Shown: positions 9,205 to 17,862 of the stretch, piece by piece
How positions within the stretch are numbered: position 1 is the stretch's first letter
Layout of the letters: every line of letters begins with the position of its first letter
Translations under genes and position numbers: made by a program
DNA from: an uncultured Gemmatimonadales bacterium
GTDB taxonomy: Bacteria; Gemmatimonadota; Gemmatimonadetes; Longimicrobiales; RSA9
Length of the DNA stretch: 64,000 bases
Reading direction: 5' to 3'
Assembly: GCA_963783305.1 (NCBI GenBank)
Contig: CAWAMW010000016.1
Coordinates: 448,001 to 512,000 of the forward strand
The notes under the pieces: generated by a model
The model's database searches: none
What the model was told of the DNA's origin: nothing
Seen by the model: the letters and a program-made list of their open reading frames with translations, nothing else

Positions 9205-10674
9205 ATGACCCTGACGCCCCTCGACATCGTCGTCCTGGTCGCCTACCTGGGCGGCGTGATCGGGCTGGGCACCTGGATGGGCCGGTCCCAGAACTCCGCC
9301 AGGGACTATTTCCTGGCGGGGCACGACGTGCCGTGGTGGGCGATCATGCTCTCGGTCGTGGCCACGGAGACGAGCGCCCTCACCTTCATCAGCATCCCGG
9401 CGACGGCCTATACGGCCGATTTCTGGATCCTCCAGCTTGCGGTCGGCTACCTCATCGGCCGCGTTGCCGTCGCCTACGTGCTGCTGCCCGGCTATTTCCG
9501 CGGCGAGCTGACCACGGCGTACGCCCTGCTCGAGGACCGCTTCGGGCTCCCGACCCGCCGCTTCGCGTCCTCCATCTTCATGGTCACGCGGGCGTTTGCC
9601 GACAGCGTCCGCATCTTCGCGGCGGCCATACCGCTCGCTCTCATCACCGGGTGGCCGTACTGGCAGGTGATCCTGCTCGTGGGCATGGCCACCCTGCTGT
9701 ACACGTGGTACGGCGGCCTCAAGGCGGTCGTCTGGGTGGACGTGGTGCAGATGGGACTCTACCTGGTCGGAGGTGTGGCCGCCCTCTGGGTCCTCACCGA
9801 CTCGGTGCCCGGCGGCTGGCCCGCGATCTCCAGCGCCGCAGCGGCGACCGATACGTTCCGGATCGTCCACCTGGAGGGCGGGGCGGCCCAGGCGACGTGG
9901 CTGGTGACCGGGCTCGTGGGCGGCGCGTTCCTCTCCATGGCGACTCACGGTGTGGACCACCTCGTGGTCCAGCGCCTGCTGGCGGCTCCGGGGCTACCGG
10001 ACGCCCGGAAGGCGGTGATCGGCAGCGGCGTGCTGGTCATCGCCCAGTTCGCGCTCTTCCTCCTGGTGGGAGCCGGGCTCAAGGTGTTCTATGCCGGCCG
10101 CGTATTCGAGACTCCGGACGAGGTTTTCCCGCTCTTCATCATCGAGGGTCTGCCCGCGGGACTGAGCGGCCTGATCGTGGCCGGCATCCTGGCCGCGGCC
10201 ATGTCCACGGTGTCCAGCTCCCTCAACTCCCTGGCGTCCGCCACCACGCACGACCTCTACGCCCCCACCTCCGGGCGCGCCGGGGACGACCGGCACCTCC
10301 TGGCCGTGGGGCGGCGCTTCACACTCCTCTGGGCCGCCATACTCATCGGCGGCGCCATCCTGTTCGAGCTGGCGCAGCAGGGCACGCCCATCGTCGTCAT
10401 CGCGCTCCAGATCGCTTCGTTCACCTTTGGTCCGCTCCTGGGAGGGTTCCTGCTCGGCACCCTTTTTCGCCGCCCCGACCAGACCGACGCCATGCTCGGG
10501 ATCGGGAGCGCTGTGGTGATCATGACCGTGCTCTGGGCGGCGCAGACATTCGGCGCGATCGACCGGCTGGTGGACACCCTGTGGTTCGCCCTCATAGGGT
10601 CCGCCATCACCGTGGCCATCGGCATGACGAGCGCGGCCGTTCGACGGAGAGGCTCGGCGCGGCCCGGGCCTTGA
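9205..10674 (+). CDS. Sodium:solute symporter (probably amino sugar/muropeptide-derived solute)
   Basis: DYFLAG, SVVATETSALTF, GGLKAVVWVD, AAAMST..SSLNS; about 13 TM segments. Confidence 0.9.
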   Translation: MTLTPLDIVVLVAYLGGVIGLGTWMGRSQNSARDYFLAGHDVPWWAIMLSVVATETSALTFISIPATAYTADFWILQLAVGYLIGRVAVAYVLLPGYFRGELTTAYALLEDRFGLPTRRFASSIFMVTRAFADSVRIFAAAIPLALITGWPYWQVILLVGMATLLYTWYGGLKAVVWVDVVQMGLYLVGGVAALWVLTDSVPGGWPAISSAAAATDTFRIVHLEGGAAQATWLVTGLVGGAFLSMATHGVDHLVVQRLLAAPGLPDARKAVIGSGVLVIAQFALFLLVGAGLKVFYAGRVFETPDEVFPLFIIEGLPAGLSGLIVAGILAAAMSTVSSSLNSLASATTHDLYAPTSGRAGDDRHLLAVGRRFTLLWAAILIGGAILFELAQQGTPIVVIALQIASFTFGPLLGGFLLGTLFRRPDQTDAMLGIGSAVVIMTVLWAAQTFGAIDRLVDTLWFALIGSAITVAIGMTSAAVRRRGSARPGP

Positions 10675-10768
10675 CCGACGTTTTCGCCCCGCTCAGCATG
10701 AGCGGCCGCGTCGTCGCCACGTTCGCCATCGGCCGTGCCGACCGGGTCGATCCCGTGCAGGCGGTGCG

Positions 10769-13384
10769 CTAGGGGTTCAGCCAGTAGTTGACCTTCAGGA
10801 CGAAGATGTTGTCCGGCTGGGTGTCCCAGAGTGCCCGCTGGTCGCGTCCGAAGTCGAAGCCCGTCTCGCCCTCGGTCCCCGCCAGGTAGTGCTGCCGCGC
10901 CTGCTGCCAGGCGAGGTAGAGCGTGCTCCCCTGACGCCATTCCCAGCGGAGTACGGCGTTGCCGCGCAGGCTCCGCAGGTTGAAGTCACGATCGGGGACG
11001 GGGGCCTCGTACGGCTCGAAGTCGAAGGTGGCGGGGCGGGTCAGGTAGCGTGCCCCGCCATAGTCGCCGCTGGACAGGAGCGGCTGGGCGTAGATCTCGA
11101 GGGAGAGCGTGGGGCTCATGGCCATGTTGAGCCGTGTCTCGAGACCGACCTCGGTGTAGTCGAGGGGTGCGAAGATGTATCGGGTTCCGAAGGTGGCCGC
11201 CGCGGCCGGATCCTGCACGCTCGCTACGTACTGGGCCTGCACGTGCTGCCGGTCCCAGCTCGGGCCCATACGCAGCTCCCAGCTGGAGGACGGGCGCCAG
11301 CGTGCGGTGAGGCTGGCCGACGTGCGCCAGGCGCCGAACTCGGTCCGTTCGCCCGAGAGCGTGCCCGCCGCCAGGAGCGGTTGTCGTCCGTCCGTGGAGA
11401 AGTGCAGCATGCCCGAGGTGGACGCGGGGCGGGTGGCCAGCGGGCCGCCACGGGTGAGCCGGTCGTCATTGGCGCGGAGCGAGTGGCTGACCTGCCCGTA
11501 CAGCACCCAGTAATCCAGCGTGCTGGCCGAACCCGTGGCGGTGAGCCAGTTGGCGATGAGCTGGTTCGAGTAGTTGCCTTCGACCCGCGCGGATCCCGCC
11601 AGGTTCCAGCTCCGGAGCACCCTGCCCGGTGCGTTCTCCTGGTACTCGATCTCGAGTTGCGCGTCCCGGCGGTCCGTGCGGTAGGCGAAGCCCAGGTCGT
11701 TCACCTCGAACCCCGGGGTGATCGTGCCGACGGTGAGGCCGCCGAGCCAGTGCTCCCCCGCCTGGCGCCGGAGCGACAGGTAGCCCGACCCCCCGGTGAG
11801 CGCCGTGGCGCCGGGGTCCAGCGTCAGGTGGTCGGCATCCGGCCGCTGGAAATAATGGTTCGACCGCGTCTGCGTCCGGAGGAGCGATTCGACACTCCCG
11901 GTGACGTGGCTGAGCGCCACCGCCCCACGGAGTAACCATTGACGTCGCGCCCACTCATGCCGGAAGTCCGCTGCCCCCGCGTACGCGGCGCTGTGGAGGG
12001 CGCCGTCCACCATGGCGTCGTCGGTGCTCCGGTGGACCGCCGTGATGATCCCGCCCATGGCGCTCCGACCCCGCCGGAGGTCGCGCCGCGCCCGGCCCAC
12101 GAAGTAGTTGCTGAGCGGCTCGGCGGTGGCGGTGGCGTCCTGCCCCCCGGCATCGATGTAGCGCGACGTCTCCTCTCCCGTAACCGCCTCCATCACGCCC
12201 AGCGACCAGCCGGACGCCGTGCGGCCCGACAGCTTCCCGGCCGCCAGGATGCGCGTGGCCGCGGGGACATCCGCCAGTGGGGTGCCCGGGTGCACCTGCG
12301 GCGCCCGACCGATCCGTCGCGTGTAGAAGAGCTGACCGCCGCCCCCCGTGTCCAGCTCGAAGATCTCGCTCCCCTCGATGAAGAAGGGCCGCTTTTCGTC
12401 GAAGCGCGTCTCGTACACGCCCAGGTTGATCACCGCCGGGTCCACCTCGACCTGCCCGAAGTCCGGGTTCACCGTGGCGTCCAGCGTGAGATCGGATGTG
12501 ACGCGGTACTTCAGGTCGAGACCGGCCGACAGCTCCTGCTCGCTGTCGGTACGGTACGGGTTCGGACCCGGGTCCACGTGCTCGGTCCGGCCCACCACGT
12601 ACGGGAGCAGCTCCAGGCGACGCCCGGGTCGCAGCCCCTCCAGCCCCGTCAGGTGGCCGTACCCCGGCACGCCGCCCTGCGCGCTCTTCGGGATGAACGT
12701 CGAGACGGAGTACTCATGGGACCGGCCGATCAGTCGCTCCAGCTGCAGCCCCCACGTCTGCTTACGCTCCGGGCTGAACCGGATCTGGCTGAACGGGATC
12801 CGGTACTCCGCCGTCCACCCCTCCGCATCGACCGTGGTCGCAACCTCCCAGACGGGGTCCCACGAGTTGTCGTCCGACTCGATGACCTTCACCTCGTCGC
12901 GCCGCACGCCCGCCGGGTTCACATCGAATCCGAACGCCGTCCGGTGATCGTGATAGCTGTCGAGCATGACCCCGAACCAGTCGCTGTCGCCCAGAGACAT
13001 GTCCCGTCGGCCCAGTCGCCCCGTCACCTCGCCCGTGTCCCAGAGCCGCGCCCCCACGTACAGCGCCTGGTCATCGTACAGGATCCGGACCTCCGTCCGC
13101 TGCGCGGAGGGGGCGCCCTCGTCCGGGTCGATCTGGGTGAAGCGGTCCACCACGGGCGCCGCCGCCCACGCGGCCTCGTCCAGACGCCCATCGATGTCAA
13201 GGTTCCCCGTGTACCGGACGGCGGTGGCTACGGGCCGTGCGTCGTGCTCCGCGCTCTCGGACGCGACCTGGGCGGTGAGGGGAGCACTGAGCGTCCCCAG
13301 GGCCAGGAGGACTCCGAGACCGACATGGGGATGGCTGCGGGGGGCAGGGCGGAACAGATGCTTCGGACGAACGCTGCTTCGCAT
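10769..13384 (-). CDS. DUF5916 outer-membrane protein with N-terminal CBM9-like domain
   Basis: IDGRLDEAAW, WTAEYRIPFSQIRF, NPDFGQVEVD, EKRPFFIEG; C-terminal KVNYWLNP; signal peptide. Confidence 0.82.
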   Translation of the reverse strand: MRSSVRPKHLFRPAPRSHPHVGLGVLLALGTLSAPLTAQVASESAEHDARPVATAVRYTGNLDIDGRLDEAAWAAAPVVDRFTQIDPDEGAPSAQRTEVRILYDDQALYVGARLWDTGEVTGRLGRRDMSLGDSDWFGVMLDSYHDHRTAFGFDVNPAGVRRDEVKVIESDDNSWDPVWEVATTVDAEGWTAEYRIPFSQIRFSPERKQTWGLQLERLIGRSHEYSVSTFIPKSAQGGVPGYGHLTGLEGLRPGRRLELLPYVVGRTEHVDPGPNPYRTDSEQELSAGLDLKYRVTSDLTLDATVNPDFGQVEVDPAVINLGVYETRFDEKRPFFIEGSEIFELDTGGGGQLFYTRRIGRAPQVHPGTPLADVPAATRILAAGKLSGRTASGWSLGVMEAVTGEETSRYIDAGGQDATATAEPLSNYFVGRARRDLRRGRSAMGGIITAVHRSTDDAMVDGALHSAAYAGAADFRHEWARRQWLLRGAVALSHVTGSVESLLRTQTRSNHYFQRPDADHLTLDPGATALTGGSGYLSLRRQAGEHWLGGLTVGTITPGFEVNDLGFAYRTDRRDAQLEIEYQENAPGRVLRSWNLAGSARVEGNYSNQLIANWLTATGSASTLDYWVLYGQVSHSLRANDDRLTRGGPLATRPASTSGMLHFSTDGRQPLLAAGTLSGERTEFGAWRTSASLTARWRPSSSWELRMGPSWDRQHVQAQYVASVQDPAAAATFGTRYIFAPLDYTEVGLETRLNMAMSPTLSLEIYAQPLLSSGDYGGARYLTRPATFDFEPYEAPVPDRDFNLRSLRGNAVLRWEWRQGSTLYLAWQQARQHYLAGTEGETGFDFGRDQRALWDTQPDNIFVLKVNYWLNP

Positions 13385-13569
13385 GGAGAACCGGTGATCG
13401 GGTGCGGGGCTGGCGGCGCTGCGACCGCTCTGAAGGCCGCCCGAATGTAGCCGGCGTGCCGGAGGTGGCCAAGCGACCCTGGCGGCGGGGAAGGGGGGGT
13501 GTAGCTTGGAAGGGAGCGGCCTCTCCGCCCGCTCACGTGCGAAAAGAGCCCGGTGACCGAGGAGGCGAG

Positions 13570-13800
13570 ATGGGAACGAAGAACCCCTGGAGCTGGGTGC
13601 CCGCTGGTGTTCTGGCGGCCCTCCTCCTGACGCTGGCCGTGGCCTGGTCTTTCCACGATCGGAGCGCCAGCGCCACGCAATGCGCGGTGCTGTACGCGGC
13701 CGCGGAGACCGCCGTGGACTCCGCCCTCGTGGACGCCGTCGTGATCCCTGGCGCCTGGAAGGGGCCCGGCCTGACCTGCGGCGAGCTGATGCGACGGTAG
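13570..13800 (+). CDS. Small membrane-anchored hypothetical protein with two Cys
   Basis: GGAGG RBS before ATG 13570; one TM helix; GC3-rich codons. Confidence 0.6.
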   Translation: MGTKNPWSWVPAGVLAALLLTLAVAWSFHDRSASATQCAVLYAAAETAVDSALVDAVVIPGAWKGPGLTCGELMRR

Positions 13801-13899
13801 CCGCGGAGCCGGCGTACGGTCCCTCCCCCTTTCCCGCGCCCGCTCGCGTGCCCATCATGCGGCCGACGATTCACCGCCGTACCCAGGAGCACGTCGTCC

Positions 13900-16038
13900 A
13901 TGATCCATGACGCCGCCGAGGGCGACCCGGCCGCCGCCGTTCCAGCAGCTCACTCCGGCGACGCGGGCGTTCAGCCGCCGCCGGAGCTCAACCCGCGCCG
14001 GGAGCCGGTCCTGGACTTCATCGAGAAACCCCTCGAGTCCATGACGGCCGGGGACTACGACGTCATCGGGTTCCTCTCCGGGCTGGAAGTGCACCAGCAG
14101 ATCGACACCGCCTCCAAGCTGTTCTGCCGCTGTCCGGCCGGCCGGACCGCCACGTCCGTGGACGCCCGGGCGCTGCGCCACATGCGCCCGACCCTGAGCG
14201 AGCTCGGCGAGTACGACCGTACGGCGCTCATGGAGTTCAAGACGCGCAAGGAGGTGGTGTACCTGCTCGACCGGAGCACCGTCTGCACGTACGAGCTCGA
14301 CGACACGCCCCCTTTCGAGATCGACCCATCCGCCGTGGCCATCGCGCTGGAACTCGCCGCCCTCTGCGACCTGAACCTCGTGGGCGAGCTCCACGTCATG
14401 CGGAAGCAGTACCTGGACGGCTCCATCCCCACCGGGTTCCAGCGTACGGCCATGGTGGGGCTGACGGGCGCGATCCCGTTGCGGGAGCCGGAGCTCGGTG
14501 TCCACCGCGAGCTCCGGATCCGGCAGCTGTCGCTGGAGGAGGACTCGTGCCGGGAGGTCTCCGACGTGGGCCACCGCATTACCTACCGCACCGACCGGCT
14601 CGGAATGCCCCTCACGGAGGTGGTCACCGAGCCGGACCTGCTCACACCGTGGGAGCTCGAGGCCGGCGGTCGATTGGTGGCCGAGCTGGCACGCGCCACG
14701 GGCAAGATCCGGCGCGGGCCCGGCGCCGCGCGGCAGGACGTGAACGTCTCCGTGGCCGGCGGCCGGCGCGTGGAGATCAAGGGCGTGCCCCGCCACCGCG
14801 GGCTCACGCTCCTGGTCCACACCGAAGCCTTCCGCCAGCTGGAGCTGCTGCGCATCCGCGCCGAGCTCGGGCATCGGGGCGTCCGCCACGACGCTCTGGC
14901 CGATCCCGCCGACGGTCTTCCGTGGGAAACCTCCGGCCTGGTGGTGGACGCCGGCTCCACGATTCGCGGCACGAGCTATCGGCCCATTCTGGATGCGCTG
15001 GCCCGCGACGAGACCGTGGTTGCGGTGCGGCTCCCGGGTTTCGCCGGCATGCTGGCCCACCGCACGCAGCCGGGCCTCACTTTCGCACACGAGCTGGCTG
15101 AGCGGGTGCGCGTCATCGCGTGCCCCGTCGTGCGGCCGTTCCTCACCCATTCCGATGAGAGCGACTCCCTCTCCGGCGCCGACTGGGGCGGCCTCCGCGC
15201 CGCGCTCGGTGCGAGCACCGATGACGCCATCGTCCTCGCCTGGGCGCCCCGACCGGACGCCGCCACCGCAGCGCGCGAGATCCTGATCCGCGCTCGGGAG
15301 GCGCTGGCCGGCGTCCCCGCGGAGACCCGGCAGGCATGGCCCGACGGCCGCACCGGATTCGAGCGCCTCCTGCCGGGGCCCGACCGCATGTACCCGGACA
15401 CCGACACGCCGCCGCAGCCCGTACCGGACGCGCTCGTGGCCGAGGTCCTCGCCGCCCTCCCCGAGCGGCCCTGGGACCGGGAGGAGCGCTACGGCACTCT
15501 CGGACTCGATCACGCCACCGCCCGCCACCTCGCCCGGTCGCCGTGGGCCGATCCCTTCGATGCCGTGGGACCTGCCGCCGGCGAGCCCGCCCGACGCCTC
15601 GCGCACGCGCTCTCCAAGCGCGCGCCGTATCACGCGCGCCGCCTCGGCGTGGTGCTGGACCGGGGACCGGACTCCCTCCACGTCCTCGGGCTCGGCGCCC
15701 CCCGGATCGCCCCGCTGGTGCGCGCCCTGGAGGCCGGGGAGATCCTGCCGGGCGCCCTCGAGCCCGCTCTGGACGACCTGGCCCTGCACCCCCGCCGGGG
15801 GACCGACAACGTGCTGGACGCCTACTGCACCCGGCCTGGAGACGACCGGCGCCTCGAGCAGCTGGCGGCCGCGGCAGCGGACGGAGCGGCCGCGATGACT
15901 GGCCGCTCCACCGAGGCGCGGCTGCGCTGGGCCATGGGCGAGGTGATGCGGAGTCTCTGGGGCCGCGTGGACGCCGCGCGGGCCCGGCAGCTTCTGGAAC
16001 GGGCGCTGGAGCAGCGCGAAACGGAGGTGCCCGCGTGA
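13900..16038 (+). CDS. gatE: Glu-tRNA(Gln) amidotransferase subunit E (archaeal type)
   Basis: GLEVHQQ..KLFCRCP, RPTLSELGEYDRTALME, MRKQYLDGSIPTGFQRT, LEEDSCR, DRLGMPLTEVVT, RQDVNVSVAGGRRVEIKGV, a central insertion domain and VPAETR...PGPDRMYPDTD; the SELGE segment and the insertion distinguish GatE from GatB. Confidence 0.9.
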   Translation: MIHDAAEGDPAAAVPAAHSGDAGVQPPPELNPRREPVLDFIEKPLESMTAGDYDVIGFLSGLEVHQQIDTASKLFCRCPAGRTATSVDARALRHMRPTLSELGEYDRTALMEFKTRKEVVYLLDRSTVCTYELDDTPPFEIDPSAVAIALELAALCDLNLVGELHVMRKQYLDGSIPTGFQRTAMVGLTGAIPLREPELGVHRELRIRQLSLEEDSCREVSDVGHRITYRTDRLGMPLTEVVTEPDLLTPWELEAGGRLVAELARATGKIRRGPGAARQDVNVSVAGGRRVEIKGVPRHRGLTLLVHTEAFRQLELLRIRAELGHRGVRHDALADPADGLPWETSGLVVDAGSTIRGTSYRPILDALARDETVVAVRLPGFAGMLAHRTQPGLTFAHELAERVRVIACPVVRPFLTHSDESDSLSGADWGGLRAALGASTDDAIVLAWAPRPDAATAAREILIRAREALAGVPAETRQAWPDGRTGFERLLPGPDRMYPDTDTPPQPVPDALVAEVLAALPERPWDREERYGTLGLDHATARHLARSPWADPFDAVGPAAGEPARRLAHALSKRAPYHARRLGVVLDRGPDSLHVLGLGAPRIAPLVRALEAGEILPGALEPALDDLALHPRRGTDNVLDAYCTRPGDDRRLEQLAAAAADGAAAMTGRSTEARLRWAMGEVMRSLWGRVDAARARQLLERALEQRETEVPA

Positions 16039-17432
16039 GTGCCCCGGCGAAGGAGTCGGATCGCGGCTATCGCGGGCCCGCGCTGGAAGTCATGCGGTCG
16101 CACGGCGTCGGAGTGTGGTGCGAGGTGCGGGCGGAGACCACGCGCGGCGCCTTCGAGGGACTCATCCTGCCCCGCTCGGAGACCAGTGACGAGCTCCACG
16201 TCGTCCTGAAGCTGGGCACCGGCTACAACATAGGGATCCGCTGCGACACCATCACCGGTTTGGAGAAGATCGGCTATCGGGAGGGGCACTACGGCATCCC
16301 CGAGAAGGCTTTCCCGACGAATCCCGGCTATCCGAACGTCAAGCTCCTCGGTACAGGCGGCACCATCGCCTCCCGGCTGGATTACCGCACCGGAGCGGTG
16401 ATCCCGGCGTTCAGCCCGGGCGAGCTCTACGGCTCCGTGCCCGAGCTCGCCGACCTGTGCAACCTGGAGACGGAGAAGGTGTTCGGCGTCTTCAGCGAGA
16501 ACATGGGCCCCGAGCAGTACCTGGTCCTCGCCGAGAAGGTGGGGGAGGCCATCCGGGAAGGATACGATGGGATCGTGATCGGCCACGGCACGGACACCAT
16601 GCACCACACCGCCGCCGCCCTCAGCTTCATGGTGCAGCGGCCGCCGGTACCGGTGGTCCTGGTGGGGAGCCAGCGCTCCTCGGATCGGCCGTCCTCCGAT
16701 GCCGCCCGCAACCTCATCGCCGCCACCCGCGCCGCCGGCCACGGCACCATCGCCGAGGTCATGGTCTGCATGTTCGGCCCCACGTCCGACCTCTACAACC
16801 TCCTCCATCGCGGCACCCGCGTCCGGAAGATGCACAGCTCCGTGCGCAGCACCTTCCGCACCCTCGGGGACATCCCGCTCGCGCGCGTGCACGAGGGGGA
16901 GGTCGTGCCGATCAAAGACGACTGGCGACCCCGACGCGACGACCGCAATGTCGAGATCCACGCCGTCTTCGATCCCCGGGTCACCCTCGCCTACTACTAC
17001 CCGGGGATGCAGCCCGACGTCATCGACTCGCTCGTCGATGCAGGCTATCACGGCATCGTCATTGCCGGCACCGGCCTCGGTCACGTGAACCGCGCCATCT
17101 ATCCCGCACTCGAGCGCGCCCGCGACGCCGGCGTGCAGGTGTACATGACGCTCCAGACGCTCTGGGGCTTCGTCCAGATGCACGTCTACGAGACCGGCCG
17201 CGAGATCCTCGAGCTCGGTGTCGTCCCCCTCGCCAATATGCTCCCCGAGGTCGCCTACATAAAGCTCGGGTGGGCGCTCGGCATGCACCCGAACGACCCC
17301 GTGGCCGCCCGCTCCCTGATGACCACCCCCATCGCCGGCGAGATCACCGAGCGCGAGCCCCACGACGGCTACCTCGTTCTGCAGGGCGGCGTCCCCGAGG
17401 TGGAGGAATTCCTCAAGAAGGTGTGGCGGTAA
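16035..17432 (+). CDS. gatD: Glu-tRNA(Gln) amidotransferase subunit D (asparaginase-like glutaminase)
   Basis: GTGA overlap with gatE; GatD-specific N-domain GLILPRSE..LKLGTGYNIGI; TGGTIASRLDYRTGAV, HGTDT, GSQRSSDRPSSD, RKMHS. Confidence 0.92.
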   Translation: MSAPAKESDRGYRGPALEVMRSHGVGVWCEVRAETTRGAFEGLILPRSETSDELHVVLKLGTGYNIGIRCDTITGLEKIGYREGHYGIPEKAFPTNPGYPNVKLLGTGGTIASRLDYRTGAVIPAFSPGELYGSVPELADLCNLETEKVFGVFSENMGPEQYLVLAEKVGEAIREGYDGIVIGHGTDTMHHTAAALSFMVQRPPVPVVLVGSQRSSDRPSSDAARNLIAATRAAGHGTIAEVMVCMFGPTSDLYNLLHRGTRVRKMHSSVRSTFRTLGDIPLARVHEGEVVPIKDDWRPRRDDRNVEIHAVFDPRVTLAYYYPGMQPDVIDSLVDAGYHGIVIAGTGLGHVNRAIYPALERARDAGVQVYMTLQTLWGFVQMHVYETGREILELGVVPLANMLPEVAYIKLGWALGMHPNDPVAARSLMTTPIAGEITEREPHDGYLVLQGGVPEVEEFLKKVWR

Positions 17433-17501
17433 GCGGGAGCGAGGCGACGTCAAAAAACTCCGATCATCCGGGTCGGTAGCCCTCGAGACGAACAGCAGGA
17501 T

Positions 17502-17598
17502 CGAAGGAACGAAGAAACGAAGGAACGAAGAAACGAAGACAGCGAAAAAGGCTGGGCTGATCCGGCGACGTTGGGACTCCGGGAACTTCGTTCCTTTG
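17502..17598. repeat. 8-bp tandem repeat CGAAG(G/A)AA x5 plus an inverted copy
   Basis: Units at 17502-17541; near-perfect reverse complement CTTCGTTCCTTTG at 17586-17598. Confidence 0.8.
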
Positions 17599-17770
17599 CC
17601 TCTGGAAATCCGGCTGTTGATTGCCGGCGATCGCGCCGGGGTCCCTCATCGGCGACGCACTCCGCCACGAGCTGCTCGATGGTGGCGCAGTCGGTCTGTA
17701 CGGTGCCGCAGGCGGACTGGTACATCCACTCGGTGTCGCGAGGGGGACGAGGGGTCGACCGTCCCCTTCC

Positions 17771-17799
17771 TTGACACCGCCCCTCCCGGCCGGGACTTT
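17771..17799 (+). promoter_or_regulatory. Putative sigma70 promoter of tyrS
   Basis: TTGACA (17771-17776), 17 bp, GACTTT (17794-17799). Confidence 0.5.
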
Positions 17800-17862
17800 G
17801 CGGCGTCACGCGTACCGACAGCCAGAGCGATCCGGGCCCCGGCCCACACCCGAAGGATGATT

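Noticed and set aside
13900..16038. Calling this gene gatB and its partner an L-asparaginase
   Set aside because: Length, the SELGE segment, the insertion domain, the GatD N-domain and the lack of adjacent gatC/gatA fit GatDE
17433..17862. T-box riboswitch before tyrS
   Set aside because: No T-box consensus (GGTGGNACCGCG) or terminator; a putative promoter lies only about 60 nt from the start
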